This document shows, piece by piece, positions 42,061-53,000 of a DNA stretch of 64,000 nucleotides. The first letter of the stretch is position 1, and each line of letters opens with the position of its first letter. Below the pieces are notes generated by a model that was not told the DNA's origin, ran no database searches, and worked only from the letters and a program-made list of their open reading frames with translations. The position numbers and the translations under genes were made by a program. The stretch is from positions 6,262,001 to 6,326,000 of the forward strand of contig CM030332.1 of NCBI GenBank assembly GCA_017654855.1. Reading direction: 5' to 3'. Source of the stretch: Podospora anserina (lineage: Eukaryota).

Positions 42061-42473
42061 ATCAATAGAGGATGTTGTTGCTACAACAGCTCAACAGAGA
42101 AGTCATCCATGGTTTGTTGAAGAGAGAGTGGTCACACTTGGATTTTGTACCCATCCACGCCAACCTTGGCTTGCCCCTCCAACCAAAGAGCGAGGCGGCG
42201 GCGTGCCTTGGAACACCCCCGGTCTCAACACCATGAACCGCGGTTGGACGGGCAACAATCGGTTATCAGCTGTGTCTTGATCAACGCCGCCGCGCCGCGC
42301 GCGCCAAGCAAAAGCTGGGGGAAGCTCTTCTTCTTGGCACCCTCTTTCCCCAAAGCCCCACATAAATTTCAATGTGGGGCACCATCTTTCGCGGCGCGCT
42401 CTGCGTCCTTCTCCAACAAATGTTCGCGATTCAAAACATCCCAATCCCCTCAAGCCGACCACACACAATCACA

Positions 42474-43313
42474 ATGACCGACCGCAAACCCAAAACGTCT
42501 GAATTCCACCGCGCCGACGAACGCCGCTTTCTCGACGAGCGCGGCTCCTCGGGTCCCCTAGCCCCCAACGGCCTCAACCCAGCCACCATCCTCGAAAAAG
42601 CCGTCCGCGAGCGCATAGTCGATTCCTACTTTTACAAAGAGCAATGTTACGCCATCAACGAAGCGGACATTGTTGACAGGGTAGTCGAGCACGTCGACCA
42701 CATCGGCGGTGTAACCGGGACGGTCCAAAAGCCCACGCCGTTCCTCTGCCTTGCCTTTAAACTCCTGCAGCTTGCACCAAACGATGATATCTTGAACGAG
42801 TATCTCAATTTCGGGGGTGAGAAGTTCAAGTATCTGAGGGCGTTGGCGGTGTTTTATATTAGGTTGACGAGGCAGGACAAGGATGTTTATACGAGGCTGG
42901 AGCCGTTCTTGGAGGACAGGAGGAAGTTGAGGAGGAAGGGGAGGAACGGGGTTAGTTTGACGTACATGGATGAGTTTGTGGATGATTTGCTGGTCAAGGA
43001 CAGGGTGTGTGCGACGAGTTTGTGGAAGATGAGGAGGAGGGATGTGTTGGAGGATTTGGAGCTGTTGGAGCCGAGGGTTAGTCCGTTGGGGAGTTTGGAG
43101 GATTTGCTTGAGGAGGAGGATGAGGAGATGAAGGATGGGGGAGAGGATAAAAATGGGAGGGGTGGGAGTGGGGGTGAGAGGTCGAGGTCGAGGTCATATT
43201 CGAGTTCGAGATCAGCGGACAGGCGGGATTCAAGGTCGAGACCAAGGGACAGGCGGGATTCAAGGTCGAGGTCATATTCGAGGTCTAGGTCGAGAACGAG
43301 ATCGAGATCGAGA

Positions 43314-43350
<37 letters not shown>

Positions 43351-43502
43351 CTAGGTCTGGGAGGTATAGGTCACGGTCCAGGTCGGGATCGAGGCACAGG
43401 TCGCCATCACGCTCGAGGTCGAGGGGAGAGCGGTCAGATCACGACAGGATGGATATTGACAGGTCTGACAAGGACCGTGAGGAGGGCGAGGCAAGTCCTT
43501 GA
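42474..43502 (+). CDS. PRP38: Pre-mRNA splicing factor Prp38 with C-terminal RS domain
   Basis: EKAVRERIVDSYFYKEQC, KPTPFLCLAFKLLQLAP, FKYLRALAVFYIRL, LEPFLEDRRKLR and MDEFVDDLL motifs; (RS)n tail encoded by TCAAGG/TCGAGA repeats. The first ATG is at 42474. Confidence 0.93.
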
Positions 43503-43639
43503 ACTCTGGAATCAAGGCAGGGGTGGAAAGGTATCAGGGTGGGTATCTTGAGGGTCTAAAGGACCGATCTGCATCTAGGCACAAACAACATGCATACATG
43601 TACAATAATACCTTAAATCACATATTCGTACAAAGTGCC

Positions 43640-45163
43640 TTATGTTCTGACCTCCTTGGCCACAGCATCCGCAACATCCAGCAGCCTTGCATCGTCCCAG
43701 TACTGCCCGATCAACTGCAGTCCTGCTGCTCCTTCGGTCGCCACCTTCATCGGCACGCTAATCGCTGGCAGGCCCGCCAAGCTGGCCGGCACAGTAAACA
43801 CATCATTCATATACGCATCCACCGGCTGCTGCTCCATCACCCCCTTCAGCTTAGGAGCCAATGTCGGCGCTGTAGGACACAGCAGAAAGTCCACCTCCTC
43901 CGGTCCCCATTTGTCCTCCATCTCCACCTCCTCAGGCAGATCACTCAGCTCGAACGTCTCCCTCTCTTGCAGCGGGTTCTCCAGCGCAAACACCCTGTTG
44001 AAATCCCTCCTCACCAGTCTCCGCACTCGTTGCGCCTTTATAAAGTAGTTGTCCATCGCCTCTGAACTGAGGGTATATGAGCCCAGCAAGATCCGCCTCT
44101 TGACCTCCTCACCGAAACCCTTTCCTCTTGTCGAGGCGTAGAGAACACCTCCGGCTGATGCATCACTTGCTCCCTCAGCGTCCCTCGCTCCATAGCGTAC
44201 CCCGTCGTATTTTGCCAGGTTGGAAGACGCCTCGGCCGGAGCAATGACGTAGTACGCCGCGAGGGCATGTTTAGTTGTCGGCAGCGACACTGGTACGATC
44301 CTAGCACCGGCATCTTGTAACCTCTTCGCAGCAGCAGCCCAGGCATCCCGGATCTCGGGGTCGAGCTCGGCGATGTTGTACTCGAGTGGGATACCAAATT
44401 TCAGCCCTTCCAACTCTGTAGTTTGACCTTGTCGGCTGCGATACCCCCTTCGCTGAGCAGCGCATCTTTTCCTGGCCGCCGTAGTCAAACTCGTCGGATC
44501 ATTGCTGTCGTGTTCCTTCCACAGCCCTCGCTCTCCAATAATCAACTCCTTTAGTGGGTTGATCTGCTTGCTGAGAAAGCCCACTGTGTCTAGGCTGTTG
44601 GCGTAAGGAATGACTCCATAGCGTGAGATCATTCCGTAGGAGGGTTTATACCCGATGATACCGGTGTATGCCGCTGGTAGTCTTACCGATCCACCCGTGT
44701 CTGTCCCGAGAGCAAGTTCTACCTCCCCGTTGGCTACTGCTACGGCGCTGCCTCCTGAGCTGCCACCTGCTGATGTTTCTGGGGGGGTGTCTTGAGATAC
44801 TGGACCATAGTGGGAGTATATCGAGTGGCTTCCCATGCCGAACTCATCGAGGTTAGTCTTGCCCGTAATCACTGCGCCGCGGGCGCGGAGCTGGGTAATG
44901 ATTGTGGCTTCGATGGGGGAGACGTAAGATTTGGAGAGGATGCCGGAGGCGCATGTTGTTGGGAGGCCTGGGATTGTGGTGGCTATGTTGTCTTTTACGG
45001 CGAGAGTGAATTGTTTTGGACTGGGAGAAGAAGACGGAGCCGGTGGGGGTGGTGGTGGTATTGGCTCGGGGGGGTGTGTAATGAAGTGGTTGAGAAGACG
45101 GCGTTGTGAGGTGAGGCTCACAACGCGCAGCCGGGCACCCCGGAGACCCGACCGGGATAGCAT
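43640..45163 (-). CDS. Mitochondrial glutamyl-tRNA(Gln) amidotransferase subunit A (GatA/Her2), amidase signature family
   Basis: Arg-rich presequence-like MLSRSGLRGARLR; AVKDNI, GKTNLDEFGMGS, GGSSGGSAVAV, LGTDTGGSVRLPAA, EASSNLAKYDGVRYG, GEEVKRRILLGSY and DVFTVPASLAGLPAIS. Confidence 0.92.
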   Translation of the reverse strand: MLSRSGLRGARLRVVSLTSQRRLLNHFITHPPEPIPPPPPPAPSSSPSPKQFTLAVKDNIATTIPGLPTTCASGILSKSYVSPIEATIITQLRARGAVITGKTNLDEFGMGSHSIYSHYGPVSQDTPPETSAGGSSGGSAVAVANGEVELALGTDTGGSVRLPAAYTGIIGYKPSYGMISRYGVIPYANSLDTVGFLSKQINPLKELIIGERGLWKEHDSNDPTSLTTAARKRCAAQRRGYRSRQGQTTELEGLKFGIPLEYNIAELDPEIRDAWAAAAKRLQDAGARIVPVSLPTTKHALAAYYVIAPAEASSNLAKYDGVRYGARDAEGASDASAGGVLYASTRGKGFGEEVKRRILLGSYTLSSEAMDNYFIKAQRVRRLVRRDFNRVFALENPLQERETFELSDLPEEVEMEDKWGPEEVDFLLCPTAPTLAPKLKGVMEQQPVDAYMNDVFTVPASLAGLPAISVPMKVATEGAAGLQLIGQYWDDARLLDVADAVAKEVRT

Positions 45164-45803
45164 TGGGCTAGCTTTGAATATTACAGCCAACGATTTGTCG
45201 ACTCCAACTGGCTCAAACGGGGGCGTGGTCCGGCATCATTGAAGCTTGTCGTGATCGGGTTGATGCGTTGGTGGTGTTGAAGATTGATAAGATTCATGAG
45301 CTCCGATAAGGGTTAGGGTGTGGCCCAAGCTCCTCAACCTTGGCCATCAAGGTTGCATTTCCACCGGGCATGACGTCGTCACCGAAACCCGATCTTGAGA
45401 ATGGAGAGCCCGCGGGGGGACGGATGAATAATCCATCTGACAGGAAACGGCCAGGAGCTTTCAGTTCAGCCGCTTGATAGATCACAAGCCACCAGGCGGT
45501 CCCCATGTGAAATTTGAGTTTGTGCCATTCCAAATCGTTTTGAGTGCTGAGGTCATCCCAGCTGCCGAGGTCAATTTCCAAATTCAGGGGACCTTTTGCA
45601 CCCTTGATCGCATTAACCTCACTCCTGCGATTGCGGCATCCCCGTCGCAGTTGTACGCATCGAGACTCTATTGGTAAAATATCCGCTTCAAAATTCGAGA
45701 AAGCTGTTCTTTGTCGTTCCATGCGCGTGATTTGCAACCGCCAGGCACTCCGTTTGTAGTGAGGCGCAGCTTTGTTCACACCACCTCCCAATTACTAAGT
45801 GCC

Positions 45804-47021
45804 ATGCCAAGAATCGTCCCATCACCATTGCGCTTTCTCAAATACGGCCTTGTAAGTGACGATGTCATACCATATAAGAGTGGAAACACATCATCTGTTC
45901 TCTTGGGCTCATTAATTGACTTCTCGTTTTCACAGCCAAAACAACATTACCATCACCAGCAACCACTTAGAGCTTTATTCAGACCAACCCACCAATACCA
46001 ATCTCTCAGACATCAGTCTCAAGGCCCGCGCCAGTCTCGCGGCGGTTACAACTACAACTACGACCACAACTCTTACCGTCAATACAGGCCTCCAAATCGC
46101 TGGTCTATCAAAAGACACATCGGCAAAGGCTACTTGGAAGCTCTCATCCTCATCTTCTTCCTCTACAAGTACAAGTACCCCAAAGCAATCATGTCCTCCT
46201 CCCTCATCCCCGACAACCCCGACGAGGTAATGGTCATCCGCGACCTCACGCCCAACGTCGCCATCTTTTCTGTACCCTTCTCCCGTTTCGGTAAAATCCC
46301 CATCGGCGGCCGCGGCACCGCTGTCCGCCTCACCTCTGGCTCCATCGCAGTCTTCTCCCCCGTCGCGCTGACGGAAGCCACCAAAGCCAAGATCGCTTCC
46401 TGGGGAGGTCAAGTCAAGTACCTGGTCGCGACGGACATTGAACACCACATCTTCCTCTCGGAATGGAAAAAAGCCTACCCCGCGGCGAAATTAATCGGCC
46501 CAGAAGGTCTCCCCGAAAAGCGCCTCAAGGTGAAGAACGACCCTAAAATCGGCCACGAACCGTTTGATGTTGTCATTGGCAAAAACACACCCAGGCCGTA
46601 CTCGGTAGATGCCGAGTTCGACAAAGACTTCGAGGTGGAGTATATCGCCTCCCACCCCAACAAGGAAGTGGTGTTTTTGTATAAACCGGACAAGGTGCTC
46701 ATCGAGGCGGATTTGTTGTTTAATTTGCCTGCGACGGAGCAGTACTCCAAGGTACCGGAGGAGAAGAAGCCGAAGCCGGGGTTGTTGGGGGGATGGTTTA
46801 TGGGGATGAACAGTACGGAGGGAGAGGCGAAGGGGATGAAGAGATTTTTGTGGTGGGTTGTGAGCAGGGCGGATAGGGAGGGGTTCAATGAGATTGTGGG
46901 GAGGATGTATAGGGATTGGGATTTTGAGGTGATTGTGCCCTGTCATGGGGAGGTTATTGAAAAGGGGGCGAAGGAGGTCTGGGGGAGGGTGTTTGAGTGG
47001 CATTTGGAGGGGAAGAAGTGA
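45804..47021 (+). CDS. DUF4336-like metallo-beta-lactamase-fold protein; core ORF from ATG 46191, possible N-terminal extension from ATG 45804 with intron 45852-45935
   Basis: FSVPFSRFG...GGRGTAVRL...VFSPVALT, DIEHHIFL, EVVFLYKPDKVLIEADLLFNLP and WDFEVIVPCHGEVI match this family as I recall it. Start choice is uncertain. Confidence 0.75.
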   Translation: MPRIVPSPLRFLKYGLVSDDVIPYKSGNTSSVLLGSLIDFSFSQPKQHYHHQQPLRALFRPTHQYQSLRHQSQGPRQSRGGYNYNYDHNSYRQYRPPNRWSIKRHIGKGYLEALILIFFLYKYKYPKAIMSSSLIPDNPDEVMVIRDLTPNVAIFSVPFSRFGKIPIGGRGTAVRLTSGSIAVFSPVALTEATKAKIASWGGQVKYLVATDIEHHIFLSEWKKAYPAAKLIGPEGLPEKRLKVKNDPKIGHEPFDVVIGKNTPRPYSVDAEFDKDFEVEYIASHPNKEVVFLYKPDKVLIEADLLFNLPATEQYSKVPEEKKPKPGLLGGWFMGMNSTEGEAKGMKRFLWWVVSRADREGFNEIVGRMYRDWDFEVIVPCHGEVIEKGAKEVWGRVFEWHLEGKK

Positions 47022-48725
47022 GTGCTTTTCTGGCTGTCTTTTGGTAAATAGTGGTTGTTAATATGGAGGGGTTTCTCTTTGCAGGGGGTCACATTTGTAA
47101 GATAGGTGGCTAATGGCCGTGATTAGGAAGAGTCTTTTGTGTTTTTGATGAAATAATGGGCGAGTGATTGTTTGTTAACACACCTGGAATTGGGCATTTA
47201 ATGGGAATGCTATGTGGTTGCGAAACCTCGACATTGGGCAAGTGTGACAATCCGTCTTTGAGGATATGTTGGCTAGTGAGTTGATCGTCTGAGACATTGA
47301 TGCAGGTACCGTCATCTCGCCACTCGGGTGTTGTACCCGGACTGGTGACACATATCAGATCTCAAAAATACAGTGGCAACTAAAGCATCATTGACAGGCT
47401 TGGGCTTACCAGGCTACGAAAAAGGGTTGGCTAGTGTTAGGCTTGGTTCTCACGGTTCTGTCCTTGTTGTGGACTTTCTGGATCACTGTTGCAGTTTTGG
47501 TGACAACCTGGCCCATCTGCGGTCTCGCAGTTACTACAGTTTTTGCTGTTGGGCCTAGGGTGGTCCTTATCCATATTGCCGTCGTCCTGGCGATGGCCAG
47601 CCCTGCCCCTGAACAGGGCACCCGCTTCTCCGGTTGTCCTGCCGGTCCTGCAGCCAGGACCGGTGTTGATATTGCTACTGCCACCCTTGCTGCCGTCGCC
47701 GCGGCAACTCGCCGTTCCTGCGTTACGCAACCCAATTCTAGCTCCGTAGTCTCCATCACATCTAGTCAACCCGGAACTTCTAGTCAACCCGGCATTTCTA
47801 GTCAACCCCAACACCTGTAGTTAACCTTGCACTTGTAATTGTATGACCCTAGCTATTCGGAGTCTTCTAAAGAGAACAACACAACAGAACATCTACAGTT
47901 ATTATACATATCGACCGCCTTGGACTGCAGACTCGCTTGCCATGTCTTCTAATAAAACCAGACGGAACTAGAAGTAAAGTAGAGTTACTCACTGCTGCTT
48001 TCCTTGAAGCTCGGGGCATATCTCATATCAAACGCTACTAGCTTATGATATGGTTGAAGGAAGTTGAACACACATCCTCTTGGAACCATGGAACTAAGAT
48101 ACAAGGTCTTTCCGTTAAGTCTTGGTTAATTCTGTCCTTGTTAGAGTACTTAACTATGAAGTCTTTAAATCGGATCCACGCCCTCTCTCAACATCCCTGA
48201 TCTAAGGTCGACGAGAAGTTAGAGCAAATAAGGCCCTTGTTAGTATTCATTTACACAGCTCTAGCTCCGCTCTACAGATTCTTCCCGATTCATTAGCATT
48301 ATAGTTATTCTATTAACTAGCATCGTGTATTTACTTTCCATCAGCTCATCAATAAATGTCTTTATATTCTACAGACAAGAATAAAGCTCAGCAGTGCTCA
48401 CAAGTGTGAAAGGTACCAACTTGATAGTGTTTGCTAATGCAAAAAGAACTGAAAGCAGCGTTCACACATAATGTCTTCGTGAGAATAAGATAGGGGATTC
48501 TTTGAGGAATATTGTATGTTGAGAGGGCTGTTGTCCTTGGGGGCTCATAGCTCATAGAAAACAACCATGATTTCCCCTTTAATTTGATGACTTACTGCTA
48601 CACACCTTGCGACATGAATCCATCCAACTGACCTGCAATATAGTCCGGGAGCATGGACACATGAATGTCTTTGTCGTTTCTGACAAAAGTGTTTATCAGT
48701 ATTTGCACATACCTAAGTTAAACCT

Positions 48726-49165
48726 CAACAGCGCTTACAAACAAATATCTTTATCGTTTAAAATCAAAAGAAATAAAACTCAGCAGCACTCACACACAAA
48801 TATCTTTATCGTTTATAAACGAAAAAATAAAATTTAGCAGTGCTCACAAGTTCAAAATGCATAATCCAGCAGTGCTTACACATAAATGAATGTCTTAAAT
48901 CGTTTAAAAGAAAAAAACAAAATACTACTCACCAGCACTCACACACAAACATCTTCTCCGTCTACAAACAACAAAACAAAACTTAGCAGCGCTCACAAGT
49001 GTAAAGTTTAGAATCCAGCAGCGTTACATATGATGTCTCGATCGTTTAAAAACGAAGAATAGCGCTCACAAGTGCAAAACGCATATTTAGGCAGCGTTTA
49101 CAAATGATGTCTTAGTCGTTCAAAAACAAAAAACAAAAACTCAGCAGCGTTCACAAACGATCTCT
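48726..49165. repeat. Degenerate AT-rich tandem repeat array, core YAGCAGYRCTYACA, with higher-order structure
   Basis: Cores at about 48726, 48781, 48835, 48867, 48930, 48984, 49016, 49058, 49089 and 49142; outlying copies near 48389 and 48453. Confidence 0.85.
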
Positions 49166-50062
49166 CATGTTAAAGCTTGGATGACGATTGTTCAAACATA
49201 ATTACCTTTAAAAAATCTATGCAAATGCCATGTAGACTTCATTCAAAAGACTTCAAATGCAGCATTTTTGACCAGTTTGGGGGGGGAGGGGAGGTAATGC
49301 AGGGCTTTGCAGGGCTGTGTGAGACCCCTTTTGGCCCCCATGTCAAGCAGGCAAAACTCCATTTTGGTCGACTCTTACAGCCTCAGTTGTGAACATGGCG
49401 TGTTTGAAGCTTGGTATTGAGGTTTTTTGGCGTTGAACTGAGGTTGAAGGGCTGTATTTCTGACTGTGTTTAATGTTTTAATAGCCTCAAACAGGTCTAT
49501 ATATGGGATTTGAGGCTCGGGCAATGCATCATCCCACACAAGAAGGCCTCAAAAGCCATTAAAATGTGGATCTCTATGCATTAATATGCAACATTATGTT
49601 GTTGAAGGACATCCAACTACATCCTTCTAACCTCCCCTGAAGCGGAGAAAACAGATTTCTGTGATGTTTTCAGACCTCGGTTGTGGAAACCCTTGGATTT
49701 GATGCCTACAATCGACAATAACGCCCACAGCCAAGGATCACAGGTCTCAAACGTAGGACTGGACGTCCAAATAGCTACATCAAGTCACAAAAAGACCTCA
49801 AAAAGTCATAGATAAATGTCCGCATGTATTTGAATGTCTACAACGCTATGATTTCCCTCCCCCCCAAAACTCCTCGCCATTTACCCCCTATAAAAACAAA
49901 AGCAACATGTCCACGAATATTGCGCCCAAGTCGACGTGCAAATTACCCCCTAAGATCTCCACGATATCCTCCGAGGCCTCAGAATAAAACTATCATGCAT
50001 GGGAAAAACGAAAATTGCACGAGAAAGCCCAAAAGAAAAGGCGACAACAACTTGGAAACGGC

Positions 50063-53000
50063 TCAGAAGCCGTCGTACTCGAAAGCAGCGGCGTATTCGG
50101 GGATGGTGCCCTTCATAAGGGCGTCATCTCTGTCCGCCTGAAGCTCCATCTTCTCCGGGTCGATGAAACGGGCGGTCAGAGCGAACCGTCGCTTTCCCTC
50201 GGGGGTGACGGCGTGCTGTAAGGCTGAGTGTTAGAGATAGGTACACAAGTTGCGGTCAGGGAAGGAAGAGCGCACCTCATACAGCTTCTGGATGGTGCAC
50301 CCAGCCATCACCATCATATCACCGTGCTTCATCTCCACCTCCAGAATATCCTTGTGGTTTTTCTTCCCACCGGTTTTGGTGAAACCATTGGTTTCGAAAC
50401 CCTTGTTTCGCTTGGGGCGAAACCTCATCGTGCACGGCGACCCAAGTGATAGAGCGGCGACAACAGGGCCAAGCTCCTTTTCACCATCATCATGATACTG
50501 TGGAATGATAGGTTAGTACACTACAGTAACGTCGCCAGCAACGGTAACATACATTAATCTTATCATCCTCCATATAGCCCAGGGCGAGTAGCTCATTGAA
50601 GCTTTGGCTATGAGCGTCAAGGTTGGTGATGGTTTCATCACCAATCTCATGATCAGCCGGGAAGTTTGCCGTGGCAGAAGACACAGCAACATTCTTGGCC
50701 CAGTCAAGACGCTTGAGAGCCTTGAGAATGGCAGCGGGGGCCTCGGCGAAACCCTTGGACTGTACCGAGACTCCAAACTTGTAGCGGGCACCCTTGGAAA
50801 TCATTGTGAGTTTGATACCCAACAATCTGACATAAGTGTTGGACTTACAAAGTTTTGCTGGAAGTGGCGGGTCAAACCTTCAAGCTTGTCTGGAAGAGGG
50901 TCAGTATGGTCTCCCTACTGGAAACGACATGGAATGAGTATGACTTACGACCAGCGACGGCAGCGGGGTTCCTCTTCAGACCAATATCCTCCACCTCCAA
51001 AGACCTGAATAGCTCATCTGGGCCACCAGGCCTGGCGTTGATGACATCATTCGACTGGAAAATTGTGAAGGAGCCAATAATACGTTCCTGGGCGTCGGTC
51101 AGGAAGAACTGACGAACGTTATAGCCTCCAAGGCCCATAACAGATGATCGAATGGCATATTTCTCAAGCCAGATGGTGGTGAGGGCATCGTTGGCTTGAT
51201 GGCGTGATCTTCTGGACGCCATCTGCTTTGTGAAGGCCTCAACCTCAGCCTCAAGCTCTGCCTGAGGGAATGGAGTCATGGGGGCTGCCTTCTTGAACCC
51301 GCACCCTGGGATCTCGCACTGCAGCCAGTTCCAGTACCGACGTCTGCAGGCATGATGGCACTGGGGGCAGACAAACCCTCCGCGAAGGCCCAACTCTGTG
51401 CCGTGGTGCTGAGAATTGACGGCGGGCAACTCGGGCATGAGCGAGGGAATGGTTCCCGTGAAAGGCTGGCGCTCGTCAAGAAAGGCTTGGCTGTAGGCCA
51501 GAGCATCGAGGTCGACCAGTTGGTCGGGCAACATCCGATAGTACATGTTGCAGCCGTATTGGAGGCAGAACCATCCAATGGTAAAAATTTGTTTACTCTC
51601 CTGGTGACAGGAAGAGCAAACTCTCATGGGACAAGTGACCGGAGTCACGATCTCCTCCTGCCCAGCAGGAATCCACCAAGACGGCGTGAAGGGGTTGGCT
51701 TTTTCGAACCGAATACGCCAGACTGAAAAGATCCTCTGAGTCTCAGGGTTCCTCAGAATTTCTTTCCACATGTATGTGATGTGGAACCAGTCGAGAACAG
51801 CGTAAGGGGCAGGCGGCTGGCAAGGGTAAAGCGGATGATTCTCACCTTCAAAGTGGGTTAGCATGCTCTAGTTCATGGAAAACCTGAATTTCACTCACCC
51901 GCAATGATAGCAATCAAAGTACGTTGCTCGTAAGCGTTCTTGATGGATCGAACGTTGGTGGCGTTGTCATCGGCGTCGCGACCACGAACCATTACGCTTC
52001 CTTCCCTCACTCGGCCACCCCCACTGTACCTAAGTTAGCAACCATAGTAAACACTACAAGGGCCTACGGACCCGAAGAAGGTGGACGAGGATGAGAGTAC
52101 TTACACAGCCGAAATGACAACGCTTTGGTGGAAGACATCGCCCTTTTCGACCTCCAAGTCAATCAGAAATCCCTTGGCAAGCAGACCGATGTTGTAGAGA
52201 CTGCTCTTGTAGGACTTGTAGTAAGGGAGGGCCTCGCATAACCCCCCCCGGAACCTCGAGTGAATTGGAGGCGGGCCACGAGGGGCAGGCCTGGCAACAG
52301 GGACACGAGGGGCGAGCTTGACAACAGGGGCAGTCTCTTCATCCTTGTCGGCGACAGGCGCGATAGCCAGGTTAATCTTGATGTTGGCGGCCTGGGGGAT
52401 GATGTCGTCAATGTCTGGGTACTGAGCCACGTCCAAGATAGGACTGTGAGGGTCAATCGCGGGTAGGCCGACCACGGGAGAGCCCACCGCAGGACGACTG
52501 GCGACAAATGGGTAGACACTCGAGTCCCAAATTGGGATCTGAGAAGCCAGAGCACCACTGTTGTGGTTGTAAAAAGGCAGCGGCTGTCCGGCCTGATGGG
52601 CGGGGTCGGGATGGACGAAAGGGTCGACCATCGGAGGGTTAACCAATGGAGAGTTGGCCGCGAGAAGGTTGACCACGGGCGGGATAGCGACAAAGGGGTA
52701 GGCGGCGGGATGATAGCTTTGGGTGTGAGGGTTGTACCAGTTCTGGTCAAACACCGGTTCATTCATAAAAAATTGCTGGTGGGCTAAGAAGGGGTCGACG
52801 GCACCATGCTGAGTTACGGCTTGATGGTTAACGATGGCCCTCAGGTTGAACATGATCTTTTCAACGTAATATTCCAAGGGCACATTGGCCAGCTGCATAT
52901 CCATTGCGTCTGCTTGCATGTGGAACGGAATGACGGACTTGGCCTCGTGGTTTTCGGGTGCAGCTGGGTAGAGAGGCACGTTTTCGCGCTCCAGGTTGGG

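Noticed and set aside
43180-43420. Hexamer tandem repeats and a 30-nt-period duplication
   Set aside because: Explained by the RS domain of Prp38.
48726-49165. CRISPR-like array
   Set aside because: The segments between cores are homologous to each other rather than unique spacers, the cores are degenerate, there are no cas genes and the context is eukaryotic.
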